Shown piece after piece: positions 11,900 through 25,580 of a DNA stretch of 64,000 nucleotides. Numbering within the stretch: position 1 is the stretch's first letter; every line of letters starts with the position of its first letter. The translations under genes were made by a program, and so were the position numbers. Below the pieces are notes generated by a model. That model saw only the letters and a program-made list of their open reading frames with translations. It searched no databases and had not been told where the DNA came from. The stretch comes from Ylistrum balloti (taxonomy: Eukaryota), in contig NW_026782426.1 in assembly GCF_031769215.1 (NCBI RefSeq), positions 682,001 to 746,000 on the forward strand. The letters run 5' to 3'.

Positions 11900-13718
11900 G
11901 TTACATCTTAACTGGTGTTCAGACAAACAAATACTACTGCATTGTCCTACGTTAAGCCCCCTTACATCTTAACTGGTGTTCAGACAAACAAATACTATTG
12001 CATTGTCCTTACGTTAAGCCCCCTTACATCTTAACTGGTGTTCAGACAAACAAATACTATTGCATTGTCCTACGTTAAGCCCCCTTACATCTAAACTGGT
12101 GTTCAGACAAACAAATACTACTGCATTGTCCTACGTTAAGCCCCCTTACATCTTAACTGGTGTTCAGACAAACAAATACTATTGCATTGTCCTACGTTAA
12201 GCCCCCTTACATCTAAACTGGTGTCCAGACAAACAAATACTACTGCATTGTCCTACGTTAAGCCCCCTTACATCTTAACTGGTGTTCAGACAAACAAATA
12301 CTATTGCATTGTCCTACGTTAAGCCCCCTTACATCTTAACTGGTGTTCAGACAAACAAATACTATTGCATTGTCCTACGTTAAGCCCCCTTACATCTTAA
12401 CTGGTGTTCAGACAAACAAATACTACTGCATTGTCCTACGTTAAGCCCCCTTACATCTTAACTGGTGTTCAGACAAACAAATACTACTGCATTGTCCTAC
12501 GTTAAGCCCCCTTACATCTTAACTGGTGTTCAGACAAACAAATACTATTGCATTGTCCTACGTTAAGCCCCCTTACATCTAAACTGGTGTTCAGACAAAC
12601 AAATACTACTGCATTGTCCTACGTTAAGCCCCCTTACATCTTAACTGGTTTTCAGACAAACAAATACTATTGCATTGTCCTACGTTAAGCCCCCTTACAT
12701 CTAAACTGGTGTCCAGACAAACAAATACTACTGCATTGTCCTACGTTAAGCCCCCTTACATCTTAACTGGTGTTCAGACAAACAAATACTATTGCATTGT
12801 CCTACGTTAAGCCCCCTTACATCTTAACTGGTGTTCAGACAAACAAATACTTGCATTGTCCTACGTTAAGCCCCCTTACATCTTAACTGGTGTTCAGACA
12901 AACAAATACTACTGCATTGTCCTACGTTAAGCCCCCTTACATCTTAACTGGTGTTCAGACAAACAAATACTACTGCATTGTCCTACGTTAAGCCCCCTTA
13001 CATCTTAACTGGTGTTCAGACAAACAAATACTATTGCATTGTCCTACGTTAAGCCCCCTTACATCTTAACTGGTGTTCAGACAAACAAATACTACTGCAT
13101 TGTCCTACGTTAAGCCCCCTTACATCTTAACTGGTGTTCAGACAAACAAATACTATTGCATTGTCCTACGTTAAGCCCCCTTACATCTTAACTGGTGTTC
13201 AGACAAACAAATACTATTGCATTGTCCTACGTTAAGCCCCCTTACATCTAAACTGGTGTCCAGACAAACAAATACTACTGCATTGTCCTACGTTAAGCCC
13301 CCTTACATCTTAACTGGTGTTCAGACAAACAAATACTATTGCATTGTCCTACGTTAAGCCCCCTTACATCTTAACTGGTGTTCAGACAAACAAATACTAT
13401 TGCATTGTCCTACGTTAAGCCCCCTTACATCTTAACTGGTGTTCAGACAAACAAATACTACTGCATTGTCCTACGTTAAGCCCCCTTACATCTTAACTGG
13501 TGTTCAGACAAACAAATACTACTGCATTGTCCTACGTTAAGCCCCCTTACATCTTAACTGGTGTTCAGACAAACAAATACTACTGCATTGTCCTACGTTA
13601 AGCCCCCTTACATCTTAACTGGTGTTCAGACAAACAAATACTACTGCATTGTCCTACGTTAAGCCCCCTTACATCTTAACTGGTGTTCAGACAAACAAAT
13701 ACTACTGCATTGTCCTAC
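11900..13718. repeat. 61-bp minisatellite, ~30 highly homogeneous copies
   Basis: Unit TTAAGCCCCCTTACATCTTAACTGGTGTTCAGACAAACAAATACTA(C/T)TGCATTGTCCTACG, head to tail with no spacers. Confidence 0.98.
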
Positions 13719-16700
13719 AATAAGCCCATTATTGACTTTGTTTTGTAACTAAGGATAAAAACTTTATGATTAAATTTGATTTTTCATTATTTTTACAAAA
13801 ATCCAGAGAGGTTTTTTATAATTCAGTATCTGAGGGTGATCCCAGTAAACTATTTCTATTTAATATGTTTAATCAATTACCAGTATAAATTACTTTAAAT
13901 TGTTATTTTTTTCAGTTTTCTATCAGAAAAATATAACGAGGCTTGGTAGATTCCATTGTAAACAAAAACATGTTCCAAGTAGTTAAATAAGTGGGGACAA
14001 TTCACATATGAATAAAAACTAAATTGTGTGAGCAAAAAATTCTTTACAAAATCTAAATAAGAAGTAGTTCTACCTTCCATTTTAAAAGTAAGCATACTGA
14101 TTTTGGTAAAAGTTGAATGATTTTAAAACTTGTGATTTGCCTGGACTTAAAGACATATGATACCTTACACAATATGACTGTAATTGGTATCAGAGTTCTG
14201 TCCCCTTACACATTATATTCGAATCCTCAAACTTCGATAAATAATCATCATTAATTGTTGTAAAGTTGTGAACACTTTAACCATAAAAAACAACCATTAC
14301 AGTATCTGTTTATTTATTTGTTTTGTTTCAGTTTTTCATTTTTTTTTTCACTTTCATTCACATTACATTTATACCGAAAATAATATTGTGGAGTTGTCTC
14401 CCCACTTAAGTAGTCATGATAAAGACGAGGATTACCAAGTGAAGTTTTTTTCACAAATATTAAATTTCTACTATTTTCTTAAATTAAGAGAAATATTTCA
14501 AAAACATATTTACAGTAAATTAGCATATAAGGATTTAAACTCACCCTGAAACTTTGAATGATATTTTCTGAACACACTTTCCAATTTCAGTTTAATGTAA
14601 TGGAAAGCAAATGAGGAATACATCTATCAAATGGCAGTAGTTATTTCTGTGAGTTGATAATCAGAAATTAACAGAAAATCAAATACATTAATTAAAATAT
14701 ACTGATCAATCATGGAATGTGAAAGGTCAAAGTTCAGGTCGCTATAATACACAGATAATTAAAAAGCTTATCACTTAAACTGTACGTTTTTTCTGATTTA
14801 TTGACCACTTTGCAGATTGGTCTTTTCCAACTGCACCATATCATAACAAACTGACAGCTCTTAACAATTTATTTACGCTTCTGAAAATAAATATTTTGAA
14901 GAACAACATTTTCCACTAGCAGTAGACCTGGCTTATCTAACACATTTGTTATCTTATTAACAATAGTCTGTTGTTTAAGATACCGTTCAACAAATGGATG
15001 CCAAAAAAGTGCCAAACTTTGCAAAATTGCTTAAAGGGGTATGATACCTTAATGTAGGATACAATTTTCTTCTCCATAAGAGTTCCAACTACAAAATACT
15101 GTCAAAATTTTACTTAGACATGTCTATGTTAAATACCTGAATAATATCTGAACATTCATCTACTGATGAAGTTAAAATTAATTTTTAGTAATGAAATAAT
15201 ACTGATTGACTTTAAAAGGGAGATAACCCTTAAATACCAGGCAATGGTAACATATGTCCTTAACCTCACTTCAAGCAATAGATTTTTAATGGTGATCCTG
15301 TTGCATGCAATGGATTCAATTATAATTTCTAAAAAAAAAAATTTGAAGTTTATGCCAGCTTTGTAGAATCATAAAATAACTGAGGAAAGAAACTCAGAAT
15401 AACCTCCTCCCTCAACCCACCACATCTACTTAACATTTGACTGACCTCATCATTTTCTGGGTTTTATATTCCTTAGACTTTGAGAAAATGGACACTGGCA
15501 ACAACATTCAAATTCATTGTCTTCTAAATGCCATGATATTGATGTAATAAAGTGTTTTTTTTATACCTCTCTTTATTTCTGAGCCTCCCCACCGAGAACC
15601 ATTACAGAGCTGATGGTATGAATAAACATTGTACAGCTCAGCTTTAATGAACATCATTACTTTAAACACTATAACTGGTGCAAACCTGAAAATCTTTGTA
15701 TTAAAATTCAATTTAGAATCCCATTATATGTCATGTTTGATTTTAACTCCTGAATTTTTTATAGTAAAAATTCAAATTTCTAAAGAGAGTTTACTGCAAT
15801 AGGAACTTGGGTTGATGATGCTGGGATTTGTTGGTGATGGAGTGTTATGGGCTACATAGAGAAATATGAGGGTAATTTGTATCATTTCAATCATCACAAC
15901 AAATACACAGGATCTACGGGTAGGATTCATTTGTCTTATAATTTTTAATCTAAAAAAAGGTTTCATATTCTAATTAAAGTTTTTTAATTACTAAACCGTA
16001 ACACCAAACTCCCCCAACAGTTACGATTGGGGCCATATCAATGTTTCAGAAAGTAAAATGACTTTTCAGGACAGTATTGAGTAGGGGATTAATAGCTTGA
16101 GTAGCCTCCACTGTAATCTGTCCTTTGAAGAATAAAACATGATATTGCTTTCAATCATTATTCGTTACTAAACTTCAACTTGTTAAATTATAAATAAGGA
16201 TTTTGTAGAATATACTTTACACAGAGATAGTACTTTTTGTATGGAGTCAATTGAGTATTAATTTTCGAAGGCCTTCCTTGTGTAGAAAAACTTAATAACA
16301 AACAAAATGTCAGTTCTTTAATAACCTACAATCTATAAAGAAATATTGGTACATAAAAGTCCCAAATAACTGCTCTTTGGTAAAAAGATATTGTTTATTA
16401 CTGTAATTTACTGAGTGTCTGAAGTATGATGAAAGTGTAACTAAAACAAACATGGCCATGATACACTTGTAATTACTACTTACTAGTATAATATTATGTG
16501 GTAATTACTAGTTACATTAAAAGTGTAATTCACTTCTTTATCGAAGAGTAAAAAAAAAAAAAAAAATTATATGTTTCTTTAATACATACAAATATTGATG
16601 TATTACAAGAGTATTTAAGTATTTCATTCTATAGTGTAATTTAGTAATTACATATGTATTTCTGTAATATCCTACATTGTAATTAATTGTGCTTACAAAA

Positions 16701-17787
16701 CAGTGTAATATACTTAGTATAGTGTAACTAGTGTATTTACAAAGAAACCTATTTATGTACAGAATGTTATTTGTCGAGATTGTAACTACAAGACCGTAAT
16801 TACATTTTGTAGACCTATATATATTAGTACTACATCTTCCCATCAGGGTTGTGTTACTGCTATCACTCGTTTCAAAAAATGAAAAACGATGTTCCTAATG
16901 AAATAGTACATGTCACGGACATTATCGCGGCTTACAATCTCCAAAACAGGCTCCGAGAAACAAAAATATGTAGCATCCCTCTGACTTGTCCTTATCACCA
17001 TGGAGATCTGACTCCAATCTACTCTACATGCTCTCCGCCGTCTTACATTTATAAACATATGAAAAACTACTCACCAGAAAAACACTGAAGTTACACGGCT
17101 ACCATCCAAGTACACTGATAATCTAGTCCTTTACAGCATCAGTAATCCACAGGATAAAAAATCTCAGTTGCTGAAGTATGATTGCCCGTTAACACTGGAA
17201 ATACACTTCTAACTATGGCAATCTCTTGATTTTAACGATAAACAAACTTTTTAACAAAATCCACAAATTACACTTTTTCGTGTTGATGAATCACGGATGG
17301 TAAGAATCTTTGTTCTGTCACTTTGAAGGATGTTTCGTAACTCCACACTGTCTTCAAATTCAAATAAAGATAAAAAGTTAAAACTACCTATTACCCCTGT
17401 AAAATGCAATGATATGCTCCAAATCGCAAGCAGGTTGAGTCCAATGTTGATATACAGGGCACAAAACAAATCCAGAAACAGTTACAATAATCGCACACTT
17501 TCCAAAACTTCACAACCTCCGTCTCCAAACGTCTTCACGTAACACTATGACAGTAGTAAATCCTGAGCTGGTCGTCCCACTCTCCTAATTAGTTGTAGTG
17601 TCTAAAACAGAATGGACAGACATTAATTAGTTAAAACAAAACCAACACAGCTCATGTTTACATGGTCGTAATGGTGAAGTCTGTAGAGGTACCAGACTGG
17701 AGCCGCCACAGTGAGTACCTACACACAGAATAACATTAGTCAGGCACAGCACCTAGCAACACCCCTCATCCCCAAACTTATGGCATG

Positions 17788-18140
17788 CTTGTACAGACGG
17801 ACTGGTCTCTACAGCCGCTGGGGATACTGGGAAATATAGATTGGTCTCTACAGTAGGAGTGGTTACTCAGAAGGATTTGTCTGCACAGCTATGAGGGATG
17901 CTGGGAAATATTCACTGGTCTTTACAGCCAGGGGGATACTGGGAAATATACACTGGTCTTTGCAGCCAGGGGGATACATGGAAATATACACTGGTCTTTG
18001 TAGCCAGGGGGATACAGGGAAATATACACTGGTCTTTGCAGCCAGGGGGGATACTGGGAAATATACACAGATCTTTGCAGCCAGGGGGGATACTGGGAAA
18101 TATACACTGGTTTTAGCATCTTGGGGGGGTGGGGGATACC
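17788..18140. repeat. 38-bp minisatellite with degenerate edges
   Basis: Unit GCCAGGGGGATACTGGGAAATATACACTGGTCTTTGCA; period 38 (17927 to 17965). Confidence 0.92.
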
Positions 18141-18492
18141 GCAAAATACAGTTTGGTCATCATAGACATAGAAGATACTCGTAACAACAGTATTGTCTCC
18201 AAAACCATGGTGGATACGGAGAAATAGACTGATTTCCACAGCCATAGAGAATACTGAGAAACAAAAACTCTATATCCAGTGGGGATACTGTTTAGTCATT
18301 CCTTAACAACAATAAGTATAATCAGACACACAGGAGAGGGGAACTAGTAATAAGGTGCCTACAAAGATGAATAGACATGGAACTGGAAGGCATAGTTGGA
18401 AACAGGACCTGGATCCTTGAGAAAAAGTATATCTACAGGTTTAAAAGTACATAAGGATATGCTGGAACCTCAGAATTGGATTCACATTCAGC

Positions 18493-19082
18493 ACCATTCA
18501 TTCTCGTTCAACCATTCATTCCCATTCATTCCCATTCAACCATTCATTCCCATTCAACCATTCATTCCCATTCAACCATTCATTCCCATTCAACCATTCA
18601 TTCTCATTCAACCATTCATTCCCATTCAACCTTTCGTTCCCATTCAACCATTCATTCCCATTCAACCATTCATTCCCATTCAACCATTCATTCCCATTCA
18701 ACCATTCATTCCCATTCAACCATTCATTCCCATTCAACCATTCATTCCCATTCAACCATTCATTCTCATTCAACCATTCATTCCCATTCATTCATTCCAA
18801 TTCAACCATTCATTCCCATTCAACCATTCATTCTCATTCAACCATTCATTCCCATTCAACCATTCATTCCCATTCAACCATTCATTCCCATTCAACCTTT
18901 CGTTCCCATTCAACCATTCATTCCCATTCAACCATTCATTCCAATTCAACCATTCATTTTCATTCAACCATTCATTTTCATTCAACCATTCATTCCAATT
19001 CAACCATTCATTCCCATTCAACCATTCATTCTCATTCAACCATTCATTCCCATTCAACCATTCATTCTCATTCAACCATTCA
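18493..19082. repeat. 18-bp CATTC-based satellite, ~33 copies
   Basis: Unit CCATTCATTCCCATTCAA; produces spurious (IPIQPF)n, (HSHSTI)n and (NGNEWL)n ORFs. Confidence 0.97.
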
Positions 19083-19504
19083 TCCTATTCAAACACTAAG
19101 TGCAGCACATTTTGTCCAGTAAATCAAACTATATCAAGTTTTATTAGGAATGTAGTGTAATCTGCCTTAATGCAGGGAAGGTTTTTAAAACTCTACTGAG
19201 TCACCTCCCTTTAATGATCAGAAACAACTTAACAAGCTACCATTCATGCCTTATTCCTAAGAGTAAATCTGTTTGAAATTCAACTAATTTCACAAAGTTT
19301 AAGGATACAAAAAATATGGTTCAATCACATTAAGAATCTTTCATCCAGGTAAATTTTACCGTCTATATACAGGCAGGTAGGTCAGTGATAGCAGGCTTTT
19401 TTATCTTATTATATGAACTAGCAACAATATCTTTTTAATACACGTTTTGGATAAAATTTTCCCTACATCATTTCCTTAAACAGTCAATCCTGAATTAAAC
19501 ATCA

Positions 19505-19920
19505 AATGTATATATTACAAATACCTGTCTATAAAGGTCACATGTACACATTATAAACACCTGTATCCAAAGATCACCTGTATATATCACAAATACCTGT
19601 CTATAAAGGTCATATGTAGGTATTACAAATACCTGTCTTTAAAGGACACATGTATATATTACAAACACCTGTCTATAAAGGTCACCTGTATACAGAACAA
19701 TTACTTGTTTCAGGTCCAAGTGTCATACAAATTGAAGTAATTGAACTTGTATATAAAGACTCCTCTACCACCTTTAGTGGCCTTTGTAGACAGGTTTTTG
19801 TCCTCATAGAACTCCTATGTAAAAGACCACCTGTTTCTTAAGATACATTTTCTCTGCTTCCTTGAACAAACATTATGGACCTCAATCAACACTGAACCTC
19901 TGTATAAAGGCAATCTGCTA
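19505..19920. mobile_element. MITE-derived cluster: ~5 tandem 36-bp units plus degenerate MITE body
   Basis: Unit TATATTACAAATACCTGTCTATAAAGGTCACATGTA (19511-19690) carries the CACCTGTCTATAAAG subterminal motif of the 30-kb/40.7-kb MITE; followed by AAGACCACCTGT..TTTTCTCTGCTTCC remnants. Confidence 0.65.
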
Positions 19921-19984
19921 TTATGTTAATATTACTTTTTGGTTTGTTTAATATTATTTCCTTTTGGATCGCTGTGTGTTTTAC

Positions 19985-20056
19985 CGTATGATGGCCCTAA
20001 TGACCTTTTATGTGTTGACTGGCCGTTAAGAATGTAATAATAATAATAATAATAAT
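19985..20056 (+). mobile_element. Possible 3' tail of a SINE/LINE ending in (TAA)n
   Basis: ATGACC..TGTTGACTGGCCGTTAAG followed directly by ~7 TAA repeats (20035-20056); no clear TSD. Confidence 0.35.
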
Positions 20057-22220
20057 ATTATGTTATTTTCAGACTCTGTAAGTGGCCTTTATAGTCAGGT
20101 TTTATAGAAGATGAAGCTCTTTAGCCTTTCATTTTCTCTGCTTCATTAAGCACAAAGCATCTTACTTGAATATTTTCTTACATCAATATCTGAAATAGAC
20201 CCCAAGTTGAGAGTTTCTTTCTGTCTGTTGCCAAATGATATCAGTAAGACTTGGCAGTGGAATGGGTCAAGGAAACTTGACAAGACTGACCGAGAATAAG
20301 GAGATAACGCCAGATAAAAAAATCAAGATTTCACATGTATCATTAATTTGGCAGCTAAAATGTCTGAATTATTCATCAGAATTACGATTCTTTATCGCAT
20401 TCAATAATCTGATCAATAATACATGATGACAATAAAATGAAATAATCCGAGAGCAACAGTCCTATAGTTATAATGACATGAACCAATTAAATTTCGGGAT
20501 TCTCCATTCTGAATTACTGGTTTTATCTGTGCTTTAGTATACAGAAAGTTTAGTTTACAGTGTTATCACCCTGTCATCAACCAGGGTCATTTTGATGGGG
20601 ACATCTCCTAAAAATTGCAGTTACAGCTATTGTTGCAATTGTAGTTACAGTTTGCTACTACACTGAACATAATAGAAGAGGTGAGCCACAAGCCATCAAG
20701 AACTATTGGGACACAACCACAGCACACAGAAAGGACTGTTTCTAACACTAACAACCACTTGAGTATTCAACAACACACTTTGAATCTTTGCCTGTAGTTA
20801 GGTAAGCCAATGTTTAACTGACTATCAGCAATCTTATTCTAACACCATTGGAACGGCCATTCAGTTACAACAAACTGGAAGGAGAAATCATTTCCTTTAG
20901 AGATTTAAAAACCTTAATTCTGAACACATACATCAGTATTCTATAATTAGTATTGAGTTAATGACTTTAGTCATTGTTTCAGTGATAATTAACGCTCATC
21001 TGTAAAGACTAATTACGTAGCTCTACTCCCGAAACATTTATACGTAAATCTTTAATCGTTTGTAGATTTAGCCAGTGGTTTAATGTCCCTTAGTATAAAC
21101 AATCCCAAGTTTGTAATACGAATTAGTTTTTCTTTCTTAAAAATGGATACTATTGTTTTCTGAGATGAATTGAAGCATGTTCTTAATAAAACTAAAATTC
21201 TCTCTTCATTTTCCATCTGTGATCAATGTTCTTTGATTTTAAGAGATTTTTCAAAATATCATTTGTTGTGCAAGTATATGTTTTTCTGAAATGTACATAA
21301 CTGCAGTCATGGGCCCTTCCGGGGTTGAAATGGTATGAAACTTTCCTATGTGGAGGTGACAAAAGAGCATGTGTTGGGAACAGCCTTAATTTGACTGATG
21401 GTAAGGCTTGCTGCAGGCTTTTTACTGATGTTTGTGTACTATTAGCATCCTTACAACTTCATGAAATATTTATGTAGTCAGTGATAACAACATTCTGCCT
21501 TTTTCCACCTCAGGTGAAATGTACATTGAATTTGATGAAACATGCACTTAGTATGTTTCCCACTAGTTTCGTGTCAATGTTTGATGGTTTAGCTCCAGTT
21601 TGATGCGTGAGTTCTCCTACTGTTGATTTGGTCCTGGATTCAGTACATTTTTTTTATCTTCTCTCACACCAACCTAATTAATTAACTGACACAAAACACA
21701 CACAAAAATCTAATCCTGTCATGAATTCATCCAAAAAGGTTTGTATTAAAAAAAACTTCTCGTGTCTAGCATAGATATATCATACTTAGTGGGACTAAAA
21801 TTTTCCTTTCCAATCTGGTAGGGTTGAACTGAGTATATTGGAATCAAAGTTATGTAGCTTTAAAAGGTTCAAAATATCTCTATGATTACAGGCAGATATG
21901 AAATGTGATGTCAGTTCCTTTTTGCCAGTTGACAGAATGATGAGGCAAGACGTGATAACGTAATACATGTATATAAAGACTGGTTTGATATGTCATAACT
22001 TCAGCCAGCAATACCTCAGAGGACTGTTGATATCAGATGCCAAAGCAAGGCTGGCATAGACATAACTAAATCCTGTGGCTGGATTATGTATTGTTTAAGG
22101 CAATGTTTAGTGTTGCAACATACAAAAAAAATGTTTTGAATGATCAGAAAAGTAGTCTTTTTTTCTTGTTGACTTCCAAATCAGAAACTTCATATCAAAT
22201 CAAAACAAAACTTCAATAAA

Positions 22221-23115
22221 CTGACACACTCAAACCTTGTTATACTGACATCAAAACCTTGTTATACTGACACACTCAAACCTTGTTATACTGACACTCT
22301 CAAACCTTGTTATACTGACACTCAAACCTTGTTATACTGACATCAAAACCTTGTTATACTGACACACTCAAACCTTGTTATACTGACACACAAAAGCCTT
22401 GTTATACTGACATCAAAACCTTGTTATACTGACACTCAAACCTTGTTATACTGACACTCAAACCTTGTTATACTAACACAATCAAACCTTGTTATGCTGA
22501 CACACTCAAACCTTGTTATACTGACACTCTCAAACCTTGTTATACTGACACACTCAAACCTTGTTATACTGACACTCTCAAACCTTGTTATACTGACACA
22601 CTCAAACCTTGTTATACTGACACACTCAAACCTTGTTATGCTGACAAACTCAAACCTTGTTATACTGACACACTCAAACCTTGTTATACTGACACTCAAA
22701 CCTTGTTATACTGACACTCAAACCTTGTTATACTGACACTCAAACCTTCTTATACTGACACTCTCAAACCTTGTTATACTGACATCAAAACTTTGTTATA
22801 CTGACATCAAAACTTTGATATACTGACACTCAAACTTTGATATACTGACACTCAAACCTTGTTATATTGACATCAAAACCTTCTTATACTGACATCTAAG
22901 CCTTGTTATACTGACATCAAAACCTTGTTATATTGACATCAAAACCTTGTTATACTTACATCAAAACCTTGATATACTGACACTCAAACCTTGTTACATT
23001 GACATCAAAACCTTCTTATACTGACATCTAAGCCTTGTTATACTGACACTTAGAAAACCTTGCTACATTGACACACTAAAACCTTGATATACCGACACAC
23101 AAAAACCCTGATACT
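22221..23115. repeat. 22/24-bp minisatellite, ~38 copies
   Basis: Units CTGACACACTCAAACCTTGTTATA (24), CTGACACTCAAACCTTGTTATA and CTGACATCAAAACCTTGTTATA (22); 3' end degenerate. Confidence 0.97.
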
Positions 23116-24414
23116 AAAAGTTTTATAGCCTGGCACTAAAAACATTGATACGCTTACACAGAACTTTCATAGACAGAAACACTAAAGCAAAACCTTGTTA
23201 TACTAACATTAAAAAATATTGACAGATCAAACCTTCAGGATACTGGTTCAACTAGAGAACTGATATGGAAAATATTTCATTGACCTTTCACCTTGATATA
23301 CCTATTTTGTAATTTGTCATTTATCAACCAATCATTTTTTCCCAATAGATGCATGACAAAAGGACTTCATATCATCATTAAAGCTTTTTCAAAGACATTG
23401 ATGAAAAACTTACCAATATTGATGAATATCAGTTTTAGAAAAGAGATTCTTTATAGATTTAATTTTCAAAGTGAAAATAAAAAAAAAATCCAATACCAGA
23501 GAAACATAGTTTCAGAGATATTCCAATCTCCTCCAGCCAACGTTAAATTGTACATATGGGATTATTTCCCTTTTCCTGTAATTCTTCTGCTGAAATAAAA
23601 ATGTCACATTCAAAACCATCCCTAAACTTTATGATTCAAAATAAATATAATCTTTCTGAAAAGGGAAGGAAAAAGAATGCATAAAGCATAGTTTTGTCCA
23701 ACACGGCAAGATTTTTATAGAAATATTTTTCACAGGAATGATAATATGTGGTGTATAAAAATTGTCTGTCACATGATAACTAAGATTTGTGTGTTAGTTT
23801 TAATATATGGGTATTCCAGCTGACTGGGTATACCACACTAACTAGATCAAACTTCATGGCTGCCGACAAAATCTGAGACTGGGACACAACAAATTTTTAT
23901 CTATCTTTACATAATTGTATTTTCTTTTATACAAAAAGAAATTCCAGCATGTCAAAATGGAAATCTCAGACAAAATCTTCTTCTGTTTTTCTTATTTTTT
24001 TTTATGACACAATGTTAAGATTTTGAATTCCTATGACTGTTATGTATAGAAAAAGAAAACCGTCCCTGAAGGGAGCTAGCTTACTCCTCTCTATAAAATG
24101 TCTAACCAGAAGTCTGAATACATCCCCGCAGCTCCGACGTAGTAACTTACCTAAATAACACGCAGTATGTCTGTCAACAGCTCAGTCATTTATTTATTAA
24201 TGCATCGCTTTTTTTTCCCATATGTCAATGAAACTGCTCCCAAAGATATTTAAGAAACTGAAGTGTATTTTTATTTGTCTAACAACTAGGAGCATTCATG
24301 GCTAGCATACATATTTCATGAAGGCACTCTCTTTACAAGTTTGTTGTTGCCTGCATGTTTAAATTCAGCTATACATGGAACTCTCCTTTTTTAGAAGGCT
24401 CAAAAACAACAACA

Positions 24415-24560
24415 AGATGGCCACCTGTCAGCCATGTTGTTTTTCTGATCAGATCCAAAATCAAACCTGCACAACTAGGCACCAAGGAGAATCTACATAT
24501 GAAAATTGAGATCCATTCAGTACATTTCAAGAAATAGCGATAACAAACTTCATTGAAAAA
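24415..24560 (+). mobile_element. Single unit of the CAAGATGGC-type HINE/pearl-like repeat
   Basis: CAAGATGGCCACCTGTCAGCCATGTTGTTTTTCTGATCAG..AATCTACATATGAAAATTGAG..AAGAAATAGCGATAACAAA, colinear with units at 31613-32045. Confidence 0.55.
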
Positions 24561-24654
24561 ATCCCTCAAGATTTCAATAGTCAATCTTCTGATGATCATG
24601 GGCTCACACACCTTAAGTCACCATAGCACACTATGGTAGTCAACATGTCAAATT

Positions 24655-25580
24655 ATGGTAGCATACAGCCTTAAGTCTCCAATATGTCACAGTGTAAAAG
24701 CACACACAACAAAGACTCCATATCAGAGTATGGTAGCATACAACCTTAAGTCTCCAATATGTCACAGTGTGAAAGCACACACAACAAAGTCTCCATATCA
24801 GAGTATGGTAGCATACAGCCTTAAGTCTCCATTATGTCACAGTGTGAAAGCACACACAACAAAGACTCCATATCAGAGTATGGTAGCATACAGCCTTAAG
24901 TCTCCAATATGTCACAGTGTGAAAGCACACACAACAAAGACTCCATATCAGAGTATGGTAGCATACAACCTTAAGTCTCCAATATGTCACAGTGTGAAAG
25001 CACACACAACAAAGACTCCATATCAGAGTATGGTAGCATACAGCCTTAAGTCTCCAATATGTCACAGTGTGAAAGCACACACAACAAAGACTCCATATCA
25101 GAGTATGGTAGCATACAGCCTTAAGTCTCCAATATGTCACAGTGTGAAAGCACACACAACAAAGACTCTATATTAGAGTATGGCAGCATACAGCCTTAAG
25201 TCTCCAATATGTCACAGTGTGAAAGCACACACAACAAAGTGTCCATATCAGAGTATGGTAACATACAGCCTTAAGTCTCTGTGTCACAGTGTGAAAGCAC
25301 ACACAACAAAGTCTCCATATTAGAGTATGGTAGCATACAGCCTTAAGTCTCCAATATGTCACAGTGTGAAAGCACACACAACAAAGTCTCCATATCAGAG
25401 TATGGTAGCATACAGCCTTAATTCTCTGTGTCACAGTGTGAAAGCACTCACAACAAAGTCTCCATATCAGAGTATGGTAACATACAGCCTTAATTCTCTG
25501 TGTCACAGTGTGAAAGCACTCACAAGAAAGTCTCCATATCAGAGTATGGTAACATACCGCCTTAAGTCTCTGTGTCACAG
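24655..25580. repeat. 75-bp minisatellite, ~12 copies
   Basis: Unit ATGGTAGCATACAGCCTTAAGTCTCCAATATGTCACAGTGTGAAAGCACACACAACAAAGACTCCATATCAGAGT; 73-bp variants toward the 3' end. Confidence 0.97.

Noticed and set aside
11900-13718. CRISPR-like regular array (also 36412-38150 and 49250-50320)
   Set aside because: Units are contiguous with no unique spacers, no cas genes are present, and the context is eukaryotic.
17298-17327. GTAAGA..TTTGAAG mini-intron before ORF 17330-17542
   Set aside because: 29 nt is too short for a typical spliceosomal intron, and flanking frames are unrecognisable.
18396-19160. 254-aa (IPIQPF)n and 207-aa (HSHSTI)n ORFs resembling repetitive structural or His-rich proteins
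   Set aside because: All frames are open because of the 18-bp satellite; no splice or codon evidence.
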